Shown: positions 51,604 through 63,325 of the stretch, piece by piece | Layout of the letters: every line of letters starts with the position of its first letter | How positions within the stretch are numbered: position 1 is the first letter of the stretch | NCBI RefSeq assembly: GCF_024223415.1 | Contig: NZ_CP100500.1 | Length of the DNA: 64,000 bases | From: Escherichia coli | GTDB taxonomy: Bacteria; Pseudomonadota; Gammaproteobacteria; Enterobacterales; Enterobacteriaceae | Strand: one strand, 5' to 3' | Notes under the pieces: model-generated | The model's database searches: none | What the model saw: the letters and a program-made list of their open reading frames with translations, nothing else | Told to the model about the DNA's origin: nothing | Program-made: the position numbers and the translations under genes

Positions 51604-52553
51604 CCGTGTTCTCCCACGCTTTTTTGCTGGTGTTTGTGGAACCACATTATCGGCACAATTAGCAGCAGCAACATGATGATCGCTACCGCCGAGGCCACCG
51701 GCCAGTCGCGGTTATTGAAAAACTCTTGCCATAGCACACGCCCGATCATGATGCTGTCCGGGCCACCGAGCAGTTCTGGGATCACAAACTCGCCCACAGC
51801 CGGGATAAACACCAGCATCGATCCGGCAATAATCCCACCTTTAGTCAGCGGCACGATCACAGTAAAGAACGTTTTCAGCGGTCGTGCACCGAGATCCAGC
51901 GCTGCTTCCACCAGCGAATAATCAATACGAATCAACGCGGTATAAATCGGCAGCACCATAAACGGCACGTAGGCGTAAACAATGCCAATATAAACTGCCA
52001 GATTGGTATGAAGAATGGTCAGCGGTTGATCGATAACCCCCAGCCACAGCAGAAAATTATTCAGCACACCGTTGTTTTTTAATATTCCCATCCAGGCGTA
52101 GACACGAATCAGAAACGAGGTCCACGACGGCAGGATCACCAGTAGTAATAAGATATTACGGGTCGAAGGCTTACTGTGCGCCACCGCCCACGCCAGCGGA
52201 TAGCCGATCAGTAAACAGCAAATAGTCGAAATCGCCGCCACCTGTAACGACTGGAGATAAGCATCAAAATAGAGCGGATCGTCGGTCAGTTGCAGAAAAT
52301 TACCGAGATTAAGAGTGATGGAAAGTTGCCCGTCAGCCCACTCCATCAGTTCGGTATAAGGTGGAATAGCGCGCGCCATCTCTGCCAGGCTTATTTTAAA
52401 GACAATCAGAAATGGCAGCAGAAACAGCAAGATCAACCAGATATATGGCAACGCAATGACCAGTTTGCGCCCATGCTTCATTTGCAGCTGCGACAACCAC
52501 AGCTTAAATCCGCCCGGCGGTTTCGACTGGGCAGCAGGTTCAAGTGTACTCAT
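51600..52553 (-). CDS. potH: Putrescine ABC transporter permease PotH
   Basis: 317-aa permease. Confidence 0.9.
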   Translation of the reverse strand: MSTLEPAAQSKPPGGFKLWLSQLQMKHGRKLVIALPYIWLILLFLLPFLIVFKISLAEMARAIPPYTELMEWADGQLSITLNLGNFLQLTDDPLYFDAYLQSLQVAAISTICCLLIGYPLAWAVAHSKPSTRNILLLLVILPSWTSFLIRVYAWMGILKNNGVLNNFLLWLGVIDQPLTILHTNLAVYIGIVYAYVPFMVLPIYTALIRIDYSLVEAALDLGARPLKTFFTVIVPLTKGGIIAGSMLVFIPAVGEFVIPELLGGPDSIMIGRVLWQEFFNNRDWPVASAVAIIMLLLLIVPIMWFHKHQQKSVGEHG

Positions 52554-52562
52554 CTTTGCTCC

Positions 52563-53696
52563 TTAAACCGTCAGCACCACACAGCTGTCCACTTCCCAGC
52601 ACAAACGCACTTCGTCGCCCCAGGTCGGTAACCCTTTACGATGACGATGGGCGTTTTGTAGCTGGGCGCTGATCATCTGCCCACTTTTCAGACGAACGTG
52701 ATACACCGAAAGATCGCCGAGATAGGCAATGTGTATCACCTCCCCCACCGCGAAGTTACAACCATTGGCGGGCGGCTCTTCGCAAAGCATGATTTTTTCC
52801 GGACGCAGCGCTACGTGTACCGGCACGTTATCGACCACTGAAGCATCCGCATCGACTTTAAGTGGATGCACCAGCCCCGGCGAATAAAGCACCAGACCAT
52901 CTTCCTGACGCTCTTTGAGTACACCTTCAAAGACATTAACCGAGCCAATAAATTCGGCGCTATAGCGGGTAGTCGGATGCTCGTAGATCTCTTCCGGTTC
53001 GCCAATCTGGACAAATTTCCCACGATTCATAATGGCGATGCGCCCCGCCATGGTCATCGCCTCTTCCTGATCGTGGGTGACCATCACACAAGTCACACCG
53101 ACGCGCTCCAGAATATCCACCACTTCAAGCTGCATCCGGTCACGCAGCTTTTTATCCAGCGCGCCCATCGGCTCGTCGAGCAGTAATAGTTTCGGGCGTT
53201 TGGCAAGGCTTCGGGCCAGGGCCACACGCTGTCGCTGACCACCGGAAAGCTGATGCGGTTTGCGTTTGGCGAACTCCTGCATATGCACAAGGCCGAGCAT
53301 CTCATTGACCCGACTGGCAATTTCCGCTTTCGGTAGTTTGTCCTGTTTCAGGCCAAAAGCGATGTTCTGTTCCACGGTCATATGCGGAAACAGCGCGTAA
53401 GACTGAAACATCATATTGATAGGGCGCAGGTAAGGCGGTACCTGTGACAAATCGACGCCATCGAGCATAATCTGCCCGGCAGAAGGTTGTTCGAAACCTG
53501 CCAGCATACGCAGCAGCGTGGACTTGCCACAGCCGGATGCGCCCAGCAGCGCGAAGATTTCACCTTTGTAGATGGTCAGACTGACATCATCCACCGCATG
53601 TTGACCATCGTAGGATTTGGTCAGGTTGCGGATTTCTAATAGCGGCGTCAGCGCCTTACGGGTTTTCGCCTGCGGGCGAGGGATAGCGTCATTCAC
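52563..53696 (-). CDS. potG: Putrescine ABC transporter ATP-binding protein PotG
   Basis: Walker A GASGCGKST; start trimmed to the GTG giving MNDAIPRPQAKTRK (377 aa). Confidence 0.9.
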   Translation of the reverse strand: MNDAIPRPQAKTRKALTPLLEIRNLTKSYDGQHAVDDVSLTIYKGEIFALLGASGCGKSTLLRMLAGFEQPSAGQIMLDGVDLSQVPPYLRPINMMFQSYALFPHMTVEQNIAFGLKQDKLPKAEIASRVNEMLGLVHMQEFAKRKPHQLSGGQRQRVALARSLAKRPKLLLLDEPMGALDKKLRDRMQLEVVDILERVGVTCVMVTHDQEEAMTMAGRIAIMNRGKFVQIGEPEEIYEHPTTRYSAEFIGSVNVFEGVLKERQEDGLVLYSPGLVHPLKVDADASVVDNVPVHVALRPEKIMLCEEPPANGCNFAVGEVIHIAYLGDLSVYHVRLKSGQMISAQLQNAHRHRKGLPTWGDEVRLCWEVDSCVVLTV

Positions 53697-53790
53697 GGCT
53701 GCTCTCCGGCATTGAATGTGTGCAAGCGCACCATAATGGTGCGAATTGCCGGCGGGTGTGGTGCGCCCGTCCGGCATCTACGGCTGCGGA

Positions 53791-54903
53791 TTATTTTCCG
53801 CTCTTCACTTTGGTCCACGCGCGGGTGCGCACACGGTCGATTTTCGGGTCCTGCACTTTCAGAGTGAACAACTTCGCACGGACATCCGCAGGCGGATAAA
53901 TACCCGGATTATCACGGACTTCCGCACTTACCAGCGGCGTAGCTTCTTTGTTCGCATTGGCATAGAACACATGGTCGGAAATATGCGCTACTACATCCGG
54001 GCGCAGCAGGTAATTCAGGAACTGATAGGCTTCGTCTTTGTTTTTGGCATCGGCAGGCATGGCAAAGACATCAAAGAACGCCATCGCCCCTTCTTTAGGG
54101 ATCGAGAAGGAGACATTCACGCCATTCTTCGCTTCCTTCGCGCGGTTAGACGCCTGCCAGACATCGCCCGCCCAGCCGATAGCGACGCAGATATCGCCAT
54201 TTGCCAGGTCGTTAATATATTGAGATGAATGGAAATAACGAATATTTGGACGCAGCTTTAATAGCAGATCGGTAGCCGGTCCGGTGTAATCATCCGCTTT
54301 AGTGCTGTTGGGATCTTTGCCGAGATAATTCAATACGGTAGCAAAAACTTCTTCTGGCGCATCAAGGAAAGAGACGCCGCAGCTTTTCAGTTTTTCCAGA
54401 TTTTCAGGTTTGAGGATCAAGTCCCAGCTATCGACGGGCGCGTTTTCGCCCAGCACCGCTTTAACTTTATCGACGTTATAGCCAATTCCAGTGGTCGCCC
54501 ACATATAGGGCATAGCAAATTTATTGTCGGGATCGTGTTTGGCGACCAACTTCAGTAGCTCCGGATCGAGATTCTTCCACTCCGGCAGTTTACTTTTATC
54601 CAGCGGCTGGAAAACACCAGCGGTCAACTGGCGCTCCAGAAAGCTTGCTGACGGCACCACCAGGTCAAAGCCGGTGCTCCCGGCCATTAATTTGCCTTCC
54701 AGTACTTCGTTAGAGTCGAAAACATCGTAGACGACTTTAATACCGGTTTCTTTTTCAAAGTTAGCCACCGTGTCGGGGGCGATATAATCAGACCAGTTAT
54801 AAATGTGGAGTGTTTTTTGTTCAGCCGCGAGCGTGCCGACAGAGACGGCCATCAGAGCACCCGCAACCAGACCCGAAAGCCATTTTTTATTTAAGGCGGT
54901 CAT
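53791..54903 (-). CDS. potF: Putrescine-binding periplasmic protein PotF
   Basis: Start trimmed to MTALNKKWLSGLVAGALMAVSVGTLA (370 aa) with a GAAGGA Shine-Dalgarno. Confidence 0.9.
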   Translation of the reverse strand: MTALNKKWLSGLVAGALMAVSVGTLAAEQKTLHIYNWSDYIAPDTVANFEKETGIKVVYDVFDSNEVLEGKLMAGSTGFDLVVPSASFLERQLTAGVFQPLDKSKLPEWKNLDPELLKLVAKHDPDNKFAMPYMWATTGIGYNVDKVKAVLGENAPVDSWDLILKPENLEKLKSCGVSFLDAPEEVFATVLNYLGKDPNSTKADDYTGPATDLLLKLRPNIRYFHSSQYINDLANGDICVAIGWAGDVWQASNRAKEAKNGVNVSFSIPKEGAMAFFDVFAMPADAKNKDEAYQFLNYLLRPDVVAHISDHVFYANANKEATPLVSAEVRDNPGIYPPADVRAKLFTLKVQDPKIDRVRTRAWTKVKSGK

Positions 54904-55253
54904 ATCTCTTTCCTTCTGAAAGTTCGTTAACAAACGAACAAAAGTTGTCACACTGAAAGATATGCAATAAACGTGCATATTTTTTATCGGCGCGGTGTAA
55001 GAAAAGAGAACTCTCTCCCGGCCAGCACTGCTCGCTATATAAAAGCATCGCAAGAATAACTTTAGCCAGGGTTTGAGACTATAGCTCGGATTAAAAAACG
55101 GTATTTAACAAATTTTTATGCGTATTTGCTCTATGTGATAAAGCCAAATCGACACAAGAGAAGTGAAATAATCTTTAAGAAAAGGTTAAAAACAGCAGAT
55201 AATTTTGCAGCGCGCAGCCACTGCACCAGCGACTGCGTGCTCGAAAGGAGTTA

Positions 55254-55730
55254 TCAGTGGAGGAAATAGTTTTCGGTAACGTTGTTTTGCCCTTCATCGT
55301 CAGTCGGTAACAGCAGTTGATGGGCATTAGCTTCAAGAATGACCATCGAAATCTGCTCTTCGCTCTGACGCACGAACCATGCAAACTGCTCATAGGTTAC
55401 GCCCTGCATAACGGATAAAGACTGGCAAACTACCAGCTTTGGCAGATTATCATCCTGCATATCAAGAAATGCTTTCACGGTCAGCGAACTGGCATTGATG
55501 GCAGATAAATCCGCCGCCAGCGGCAATACGGCTGAAGGTCGGACTTCCGCCATGGCAGAAAACAGGATCGTGTTATCGATCAGATCGATTTTGGCATCAA
55601 AGACACCGTCGAAATTCTGCATATGGGGCAGATGCAGAGCCTGGCAGTTATCACATTCAAAAAAACTCATCCCCAGGTCATCGAGCCATTGACGCAGCGT
55701 ATCCAGACCAGGAACGACCAGCGATGTCAT
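55254..55730 (-). CDS. ybjN: YbjN family protein (putative sensory transduction regulator)
   Basis: Start trimmed to MTSLVVPGLDTLRQWLDDLG (158 aa). Confidence 0.85.
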   Translation of the reverse strand: MTSLVVPGLDTLRQWLDDLGMSFFECDNCQALHLPHMQNFDGVFDAKIDLIDNTILFSAMAEVRPSAVLPLAADLSAINASSLTVKAFLDMQDDNLPKLVVCQSLSVMQGVTYEQFAWFVRQSEEQISMVILEANAHQLLLPTDDEGQNNVTENYFLH

Positions 55731-55817
55731 AATTTTGTACAACCTCTTTCGATAAAAAGACCGGCACAGCTTACGCAAAAAGCGCAGGCAAAACCATGAT
55801 CAGTAATGTGATTGCGA

Positions 55818-56720
55818 CTAACCACCCGTTTTCAGGCAATATTCTGTCGTAGCGTGGCGTTCGATCCAGCGGATCATTTTACCCGCGATGTCGATACCGG
55901 TGGTTTTTTCTATTCCTTCCAGCCCCGGCGACGCATTCACTTCCATCACCAACGGCCCGCGATTAGCACGCAGAATATCCACACCAGCAACGTCCAGCGC
56001 CATCGTTCGCGCGGCTTTTATCGCGATTTCACGCTCCTGTGGTGTGATACTGGCGACGCTTGCCGCGCCGCCACGATGCAAATTGGAACGAAAATCGCCC
56101 TCTTTCGCCCGCCGTTCAATCGCAGCGACCACTTCATCGCCAACAACCAGACAGCGGATATCGCACCCTTGCGCCTCTTTGATATATTCCTGCACCAGAA
56201 TATGCGCGTTCAGACCGCGGAAAGCGTCAATCACGCTTTCCGCCGCCTGACGCGTCTCCGCCAGCACGACGCCAATTCCCTGCGTGCCTTCAACCAACTT
56301 GACCACCAGCGGCGCACCACCGACCATGTCGATTAAATCGCTGGTATCATCCGGCGAATGCGCAATGCCCGTGACAGGCAGGTCGATGCCCTGACGCGCC
56401 AGCAGTTGCATGGAACGCAATTTGTCACGCGCCCGGGCAATGGCGACCGACTCATTGAGCGGATAGCTCCCCAGCATCTCGAACTGGCGCAGTGCCGCCG
56501 TCCCATAAAAGGTAATGGCGGTGCCAATACGCGGGATCACTGCGTCAAAATGGGGTAACTTGCGGCCTTTGTAGTGAATAGAAGACGCCGCAGGATTTAT
56601 GTTCATGTAGCAAGAAAGCGGATCAAGAATTTCAACCAGGTGACCGCGCTGTATAGCGGCTTCACGCAGCCGCTTACACGAATAGAGCGTTCCATCCCGG
56701 GACAATATGGCAATTTTCAC
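55818..56720 (-). CDS. rimK: Ribosomal protein S6 L-glutamate ligase RimK
   Basis: [41 protein letters not shown]; ATP-grasp fold. Confidence 0.95.
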   Translation of the reverse strand: MKIAILSRDGTLYSCKRLREAAIQRGHLVEILDPLSCYMNINPAASSIHYKGRKLPHFDAVIPRIGTAITFYGTAALRQFEMLGSYPLNESVAIARARDKLRSMQLLARQGIDLPVTGIAHSPDDTSDLIDMVGGAPLVVKLVEGTQGIGVVLAETRQAAESVIDAFRGLNAHILVQEYIKEAQGCDIRCLVVGDEVVAAIERRAKEGDFRSNLHRGGAASVASITPQEREIAIKAARTMALDVAGVDILRANRGPLVMEVNASPGLEGIEKTTGIDIAGKMIRWIERHATTEYCLKTGG

Positions 56721-56780
56721 CCTGCACCTCTCTGTCAGACCTGGTCAAAAGCCCGCGTATCATACATCGGCGTGGCGGTT

Positions 56781-57503
56781 TTAGCGCGTCGCCCAACCCT
56801 GTTTGTGCAAATAATCCAGAATAAATGGGCGGCTTTCTTTAATGATTGTTCGGCGGATATGATCGCTCCAGGTATCCCGGCGATTATTGCTGCCACGGGT
56901 GAGGTAATATTCAGCCAGTTGTTCGTCATACTGCGCCAGTGCGTCTTTATCCAGCGGTTGATAGCTGTTTTCATGCACCAAAATGGAGGACGGTAAACGC
57001 GGCTTAAGATCCGGATTATCCGCAGGCCAGCCAAGGCACAGCCCAAACAGCGGCAGAACATGCTGCGGTAATTTCAGCAGTTTCGTCACCGCTTCAATAT
57101 TATTGCGCAGGCCGCCGATATATACCCCGCCCAATCCCAGCGATTCCGCTGCGGTTAATGCATTCTGCGCCATCATTGCCGTATCAACGACACCGAGCAG
57201 CAATTGTTCCGCCAGGCCAAGCTGAGCATCCGGACAGATCTGTAAATGGCGGTTAAAGTCGGCACAGAACACCCAGAACTCCGCCGCTTGCGCTACGTGT
57301 TTTTGCCCGCCGGTCAGCGTCACCAGTTCTTCACGTAACGCTTTGTCGGTAATGCGAATAATGCTACTGCACTGCAAAAAACTGGAACTGGACGTCGCAC
57401 GGGCGCTGTTAATAATCGCCTCACGCTGCGCCTCGGAAATGGGTTCATCAGTGAAATGGCGAATGGAGCGATGGCCACAAATAAGTTCAATGGTTGGCGT
57501 CAT
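56781..57503 (-). CDS. nfsA: Oxygen-insensitive NADPH nitroreductase NfsA
   Basis: MTPTIELICGHRSIRHFTDEPISEAQREAIINSARATSSSSFLQ. Confidence 0.95.
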   Translation of the reverse strand: MTPTIELICGHRSIRHFTDEPISEAQREAIINSARATSSSSFLQCSSIIRITDKALREELVTLTGGQKHVAQAAEFWVFCADFNRHLQICPDAQLGLAEQLLLGVVDTAMMAQNALTAAESLGLGGVYIGGLRNNIEAVTKLLKLPQHVLPLFGLCLGWPADNPDLKPRLPSSILVHENSYQPLDKDALAQYDEQLAEYYLTRGSNNRRDTWSDHIRRTIIKESRPFILDYLHKQGWATR

Positions 57504-57774
57504 TATCTTTTTCTCTTTCTGAACGTGAATATTGCGGTGGACGGTTCATCAGCTGTGGGGCAAGACGTTTTGCCACCTGAAGAATAACCACCACCGCAGC
57601 GGGAAGCATGAGCAAAACACCGAGAAAAATCATCAGAATCTGCACTTCTGGCCGAGAAAATGGCTCAGGCAGCGACAGGGAGTCGCTTACCGACAGCAGC
57701 GCCACCGCCAGCAACATCATTCCGATAAATTCCAGTATCAACACGCTTTTAGGCAATTTACCGATCGCGCGCAT
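57487..57774 (-). CDS. ybjC: Small membrane protein YbjC
   Basis: 95 aa; overlaps the nfsA start. Confidence 0.8.
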   Translation of the reverse strand: MRAIGKLPKSVLILEFIGMMLLAVALLSVSDSLSLPEPFSRPEVQILMIFLGVLLMLPAAVVVILQVAKRLAPQLMNRPPQYSRSEREKDNDANH

Positions 57775-57933
57775 ACGCTTCCCTCTGCAAAGTGAGCCTT
57801 CAGTCTAAAACTTTTCACTGTATTGTGTTTAACAGTTATAGCTTTTAGCAATTAATGCAACAGGTTAAACCTACTTTCAGCGAATACATTTTAGCGTGAT
57901 CATTACAGGCATAAATCTATGAGGAGAGAAATA

Positions 57934-58191
57934 ATGCAAACCGTTATTTTTGGTCGCCCGGGTTGCCCTTACTGTGTGCGTGCAAAAGATCTGGCTGAGA
58001 AATTGAGCAATGAACGCGATGATTTTCAGTATCAGTATGTAGATATTCGTGCGGAAGGGATCACTAAAGAAGATCTACAACAAAAGGCAGGTAAACCCGT
58101 AGAAACCGTGCCGCAGATTTTTGTCGATCAGCAACATATCGGCGGCTATACCGATTTTGCTGCATGGGTGAAAGAGAATCTGGACGCCTGA
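57934..58191 (+). CDS. grxA: Glutaredoxin 1
   Basis: MQTVIFGRPGCPYCVRAKDLAEKL with the CPYC active site. Confidence 0.95.
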   Translation: MQTVIFGRPGCPYCVRAKDLAEKLSNERDDFQYQYVDIRAEGITKEDLQQKAGKPVETVPQIFVDQQHIGGYTDFAAWVKENLDA

Positions 58192-58220
58192 TCGTCTGAC
58201 AAGCCCTCGCGTTGAGGGCT

Positions 58221-58598
58221 TTACTGATTTTTTCTGTGCTGTGGTTTAAACAAGCTACTGATAAATAAGAAACACAGTGCCCCCAGCGCACACCAGAACA
58301 CCGCGCTTAGTAACCATGCCAGCTCTTGCCAGAATGAGCGGGTCGGTGAAAAAAACAGCCGCATAATAAGCATTGAACAGGGTGCCGCCAGCATTGCGCC
58401 AAATAGAGGTTTCAGGACTTCTCTACGCTGTGAAAAGAAACTGGCAACTGCTCCAGGAAGAATGAAAAACAGCAAGCCGATTTCAGGATGCCCGGCAGCC
58501 CGAAAAGCGCCTTTCATGTGCGTCGCCAGAAAAAGGCACACCACAATGAAGAGGACAAAACAGCAGATTGCCCCCGCCCAACGTTGTTTATGTTTCAC
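58221..58598 (-). CDS. ybjM: Inner membrane protein YbjM
   Basis: 125-aa polytopic membrane protein. Confidence 0.8.
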   Translation of the reverse strand: MKHKQRWAGAICCFVLFIVVCLFLATHMKGAFRAAGHPEIGLLFFILPGAVASFFSQRREVLKPLFGAMLAAPCSMLIMRLFFSPTRSFWQELAWLLSAVFWCALGALCFLFISSLFKPQHRKNQ

Positions 58599-58867
58599 TC
58601 GTTCCTCCTGACACTGCGTCTATCGAACACATTTTTCGCCAGTGTGGCGTTCAGTAAGATAAAGCCGCTTCGCATTCCATGCTAATATAGGCCAACGCAA
58701 TTCATATAGCCGTTGATACCTAATGTGATTACACTAGTAAAATATATTGTTACTTTACTATCGTTTAGGTGCGCTGAATGAATCTGCGCCCTGAATTCTG
58801 GTAAAAAACATTATCGTAAATTACCATTTCTTTCAACAGCTTACTAGTAAACAAGAAGTTAGCCTCC

Positions 58868-60553
58868 GTGAATATAAACGTCGCCGAATTGTTAAATGGG
58901 AATTACATTCTGTTATTATTTGTGGTCCTCGCGCTTGGGCTATGTCTCGGAAAGTTACGACTTGGTTCGATCCAACTGGGTAATTCCATTGGCGTTTTAG
59001 TCGTATCGCTGTTATTAGGCCAACAACATTTCAGCATTAACACCGATGCGCTTAATCTTGGCTTTATGCTGTTTATTTTCTGCGTCGGGGTCGAAGCCGG
59101 ACCGAACTTTTTTTCCATTTTTTTTCGCGATGGGAAAAATTACCTAATGTTAGCACTGGTGATGGTTGGCAGTGCGCTGGTGATCGCCTTAGGGTTAGGT
59201 AAGCTGTTTGGCTGGGATATTGGCCTGACGGCCGGTATGTTAGCAGGCTCTATGACGTCGACACCGGTTCTGGTCGGTGCTGGCGATACACTGCGTCATT
59301 CCGGCATGGAAAGCAGGCAGCTCTCACTGGCACTGGATAATCTGAGCCTCGGGTATGCCTTAACCTATTTAATCGGTCTGGTGAGTTTGATTGTTGGTGC
59401 GCGTTACTTGCCGAAATTGCAGCATCAGGACTTACAGACCAGCGCCCAGCAAATCGCCCGCGAACGTGGCCTGGACACTGATGCCAACCGTAAGGTTTAT
59501 TTACCGGTGATCCGCGCCTATCGCGTCGGCCCGGAGCTGGTGGCCTGGACCGACGGCAAAAATCTGCGTGAACTGGGTATTTATCGACAAACCGGCTGCT
59601 ACATTGAACGTATTCGACGTAACGGGATTCTGGCAAATCCAGACGGTGATGCCGTGCTACAAATGGGCGATGAAATAGCGTTGGTAGGCTATCCCGACGC
59701 CCATGCCCGACTCGATCCCAGCTTCCGTAACGGCAAAGAAGTTTTCGATCGTGACCTTCTCGACATGCGTATCGTCACTGAAGAAGTGGTCGTTAAAAAC
59801 CATAACGCCGTTGGCAAACGTCTCGCACAACTGAAGTTGACCGATCACGGTTGCTTCCTTAACCGCGTTATTCGTAGCCAGATTGAGATGCCGATAGATG
59901 ACAACGTCGTGCTTAACAAAGGTGACGTTTTACAAGTCAGCGGCGATGCCCGCCGCGTAAAAACCATCGCCGATCGCATCGGCTTTATCTCGATTCACAG
60001 CCAGGTCACTGACTTGCTGGCATTCTGCGCCTTCTTTGTTATTGGGCTGATGATCGGGATGATCACATTCCAGTTCAGCACATTCAGTTTCGGCATGGGG
60101 AACGCTGCCGGGTTGTTATTCGCCGGAATTATGCTGGGCTTTATGCGTGCTAACCACCCGACCTTCGGTTACATTCCGCAGGGTGCATTAAGCATGGTGA
60201 AAGAGTTCGGCTTAATGGTGTTTATGGCAGGCGTTGGTCTGAGCGCCGGTAGCGGTATTAATAACGGTCTGGGCGCGATTGGCGGTCAGATGTTGATTGC
60301 CGGATTGATTGTCAGTCTTGTGCCCGTGGTTATCTGTTTCTTGTTCGGTGCTTATGTATTGCGAATGAACCGCGCACTGTTGTTCGGCGCAATGATGGGC
60401 GCACGCACCTGCGCGCCGGCAATGGAGATCATCAGTGATACAGCTCGCAGTAACATCCCGGCGCTGGGCTATGCGGGCACCTATGCAATCGCCAACGTCC
60501 TGCTGACGCTGGCAGGGACAATCATCGTCATGGTATGGCCAGGATTAGGATAA
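58868..60553 (+). CDS. ybjL: Putative transport protein YbjL (AAE family)
   Basis: 561 aa with two membrane domains and central soluble domains. Confidence 0.85.
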
Positions 60554-60885
60554 AACTGAAGTTGCCCTGAAAATGAAATTTTTTTGCACAACCGCAGAAC
60601 TTTTCCGCAGGGCATCAGTCTTAATTAGTGCCACTGCTTTTCTTTGATGTCCCCATTTTGTGGAGCCCATCAACCCCGCCATTTCGGTTCAAGGTTGGTG
60701 GGTTTTTTGTTATCTAAATCCCCAAAATCTCCATTCTCTCCCCTGTCCAAAGCCTTATCTGACTGTCCTCTCTTCCAGAAAATCATTCTTTTTCGTACAA
60801 AGAACAAATAGTTATTGAGAAGCTTATTTAAAAACCTGAACAAAATCGGTAATATTCCTGGCTTTGCAATACACAGATTTTTTAT

Positions 60886-61437
60886 ATGGATATTAACGAG
60901 CTAAAAGAGTGCCTTCATCTGGAAGTCATTGGTAAAAGTAGGAAATTCACATGGCGTAAAGTCATTGTAAGGGCGATGAAACATCGGCGCGTTCGTTACT
61001 TATTCTGGTGGCGTATCGCTAAATACGGCCATGAGAAAGGTGGTTACTGGCGGAAAATTGCTGGCAAAATTGAGCGAAAAATCCTTGATAGTTATGACGT
61101 TAAAATCCCATTAGTCGTTGATATAGGCAAAGGGTTGGATATTTCATACTTAACGGGAGTTGTTATCGGTCATAACGTAAAAATTGGTGAGAATTGTTCC
61201 ATCAAACCCGGCGTAACCATCGGCCTACGTGGCCATTTTGACGAAATGGATATACAGATTGGCAACAATGTCACCATTGGTTGCAACGCCTCCATTCTGG
61301 GCGGCAAAGTCTATATTGGAGATAACGTCACGATAGGTGCACATGCATTGGTTTTGCATGATATCCCAGAAAACTCCATTTTTATCAATAAAATAGAATA
61401 CGAGATTATCCCGAAAAAAGTTATAGCCGAAATGTGA
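60886..61437 (+). CDS. Hexapeptide-repeat (left-handed beta-helix) O-acetyltransferase, CysE/WcaB-like, accessory
   Basis: Hexapeptide repeats VVIGHNVKIGENCSIKPGVTIGLRG...IGNNVTIGCNASILGGKVYIGDNVTIGAHALV; AT-rich composition. Confidence 0.7.
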   Translation: MDINELKECLHLEVIGKSRKFTWRKVIVRAMKHRRVRYLFWWRIAKYGHEKGGYWRKIAGKIERKILDSYDVKIPLVVDIGKGLDISYLTGVVIGHNVKIGENCSIKPGVTIGLRGHFDEMDIQIGNNVTIGCNASILGGKVYIGDNVTIGAHALVLHDIPENSIFINKIEYEIIPKKVIAEM

Positions 61438-61496
61438 TCGCCAGTGAGATGATTAGCGCTATCGAGGGAGGTGTTGCGTCTTATCGACCTCTGTAG

Positions 61497-62033
61497 CTAC
61501 CCAGCAACCCTCTCAACCATCCTCAAAATCTCCTCGCGCGATAACGGCTTACGGTCGGTGACAAAATGCAGCGTCATCCCCTCAATAAACGCATCAAGCG
61601 CGCGGGCGGTTCCGGGTTCAAACCATTGTTCGAGCGTTTGCTGACTGCGCTGCATCCAGTTTTGCATTACCGTTTTTAATAGCGGTTTTCGGCTAGCCAG
61701 CGCGTAGAGCTGGTACATCAGCTCCATGTTATCCGGCGTTGCAACCTGTGAGCTGTAGATCATATCGGTGATAGCCTGGCATGCGCCTTGAGCATCACTA
61801 ACATCGCTAAAAAATGCCTGATATTGCCGGGACATGATCTCAGTAAAACTGCTGAACGCCTCCAGCAACAACTCATCAATTCCTGAAAAATAGTAGGTCA
61901 TCGATCCCAACGGTACCCCGGCAAGGGTAGCAATTTTGCGGTGCGTAACAGCATGTATTCCGTAAAGTTTCACCGCCTCCAGCGTGGCCTGGATAATTTT
62001 TTCTCGCCGTTGCGGATCGTTAGCGCGACGCAT
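61497..62033 (-). CDS. rcdA: TetR-family transcriptional regulator RcdA
   Basis: Start trimmed to [35 protein letters not shown] (178 aa); TetR helix-turn-helix. Confidence 0.8.
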   Translation of the reverse strand: MRRANDPQRREKIIQATLEAVKLYGIHAVTHRKIATLAGVPLGSMTYYFSGIDELLLEAFSSFTEIMSRQYQAFFSDVSDAQGACQAITDMIYSSQVATPDNMELMYQLYALASRKPLLKTVMQNWMQRSQQTLEQWFEPGTARALDAFIEGMTLHFVTDRKPLSREEILRMVERVAG

Positions 62034-62116
62034 GTCATTTCCTCTGTCTGCAATTGTGTACAAATGTACACAACCTTGCTAATGTTGTCTTCCCTCTTCT
62101 TATTTTGACGTGATCT

Positions 62117-63325
62117 ATGACCGTAAATTCTTCACGTAATGCATTGAAACGCCGAACCTGGGCGCTGTTTATGTTCTTCTTTTTGCCGGGCCTGTTAATG
62201 GCGTCCTGGGCAACCCGTACGCCTGCTATCCGCGATATTCTCTCTGTCTCGATCGCTGAAATGGGCGGTGTTCTCTTTGGTCTGTCGATCGGTTCGATGA
62301 GCGGTATTCTCTGCTCGGCGTGGTTAGTGAAACGCTTTGGGACACGTAATGTCATCCTGGTCACCATGTCCTGCGCATTGGTCGGGATGATGATATTAAG
62401 TCTGGCACTCTGGCTGACATCGCCCCTGCTCTTTGCCGTTGGTCTCGGCGTCTTTGGGGCAAGTTTTGGTTCTGCGGAAGTGGCGATAAACGTTGAAGGT
62501 GCCGCCGTTGAGCGAGAAATGAATAAAACGGTTTTGCCGATGATGCACGGTTTTTATAGCCTGGGCACGCTGGCAGGCGCTGGTGTCGGGATGGCACTGA
62601 CGGCCTTTGGCGTTCCGGCAACGGTGCACATTTTATTGGCGGCGCTGGTAGGCATCGCGCCTATATATATCGCCATTCAGGCAATCCCTGACGGTACGGG
62701 CAAAAATGCTGCCGATGGCACCCAGCATGGCGAAAAAGGCGTACCTTTTTATCGCGATATCCAGTTGCTGCTGATTGGTGTTGTGGTGCTGGCGATGGCC
62801 TTTGCCGAAGGTTCTGCCAACGACTGGTTACCCTTATTAATGGTTGACGGTCACGGTTTTAGCCCCACTTCCGGCTCGCTGATTTATGCCGGTTTTACCC
62901 TGGGGATGACCGTTGGACGCTTCACTGGCGGTTGGTTCATCGACCGTTACAGTCGCGTTGCCGTGGTTCGGGCCAGTGCGCTAATGGGGGCGTTGGGTAT
63001 TGGGCTGATTATTTTCGTCGATAGCGCCTGGGTCGCTGGGGTGTCTGTTGTACTCTGGGGACTGGGTGCCTCGCTGGGCTTCCCGCTGACCATTTCTGCC
63101 GCCAGCGATACCGGCCCCGATGCACCAACCCGCGTCAGTGTGGTAGCAACGACCGGTTATCTGGCTTTCCTCGTCGGGCCGCCGCTGCTGGGCTATCTCG
63201 GCGAACATTATGGATTACGTAGTGCAATGCTGGTTGTACTGGCGCTGGTTATTCTCGCGGCTATTGTCGCGAAAGCCGTCGCCAAACCCGATACCAAAAC
63301 GCAGACGGCGATGGAGAATAGTTGA
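62117..63325 (+). CDS. ybjJ: MFS transporter YbjJ
   Basis: 402 aa, 12-TM-like. Confidence 0.85.
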   Translation: MTVNSSRNALKRRTWALFMFFFLPGLLMASWATRTPAIRDILSVSIAEMGGVLFGLSIGSMSGILCSAWLVKRFGTRNVILVTMSCALVGMMILSLALWLTSPLLFAVGLGVFGASFGSAEVAINVEGAAVEREMNKTVLPMMHGFYSLGTLAGAGVGMALTAFGVPATVHILLAALVGIAPIYIAIQAIPDGTGKNAADGTQHGEKGVPFYRDIQLLLIGVVVLAMAFAEGSANDWLPLLMVDGHGFSPTSGSLIYAGFTLGMTVGRFTGGWFIDRYSRVAVVRASALMGALGIGLIIFVDSAWVAGVSVVLWGLGASLGFPLTISAASDTGPDAPTRVSVVATTGYLAFLVGPPLLGYLGEHYGLRSAMLVVLALVILAAIVAKAVAKPDTKTQTAMENS

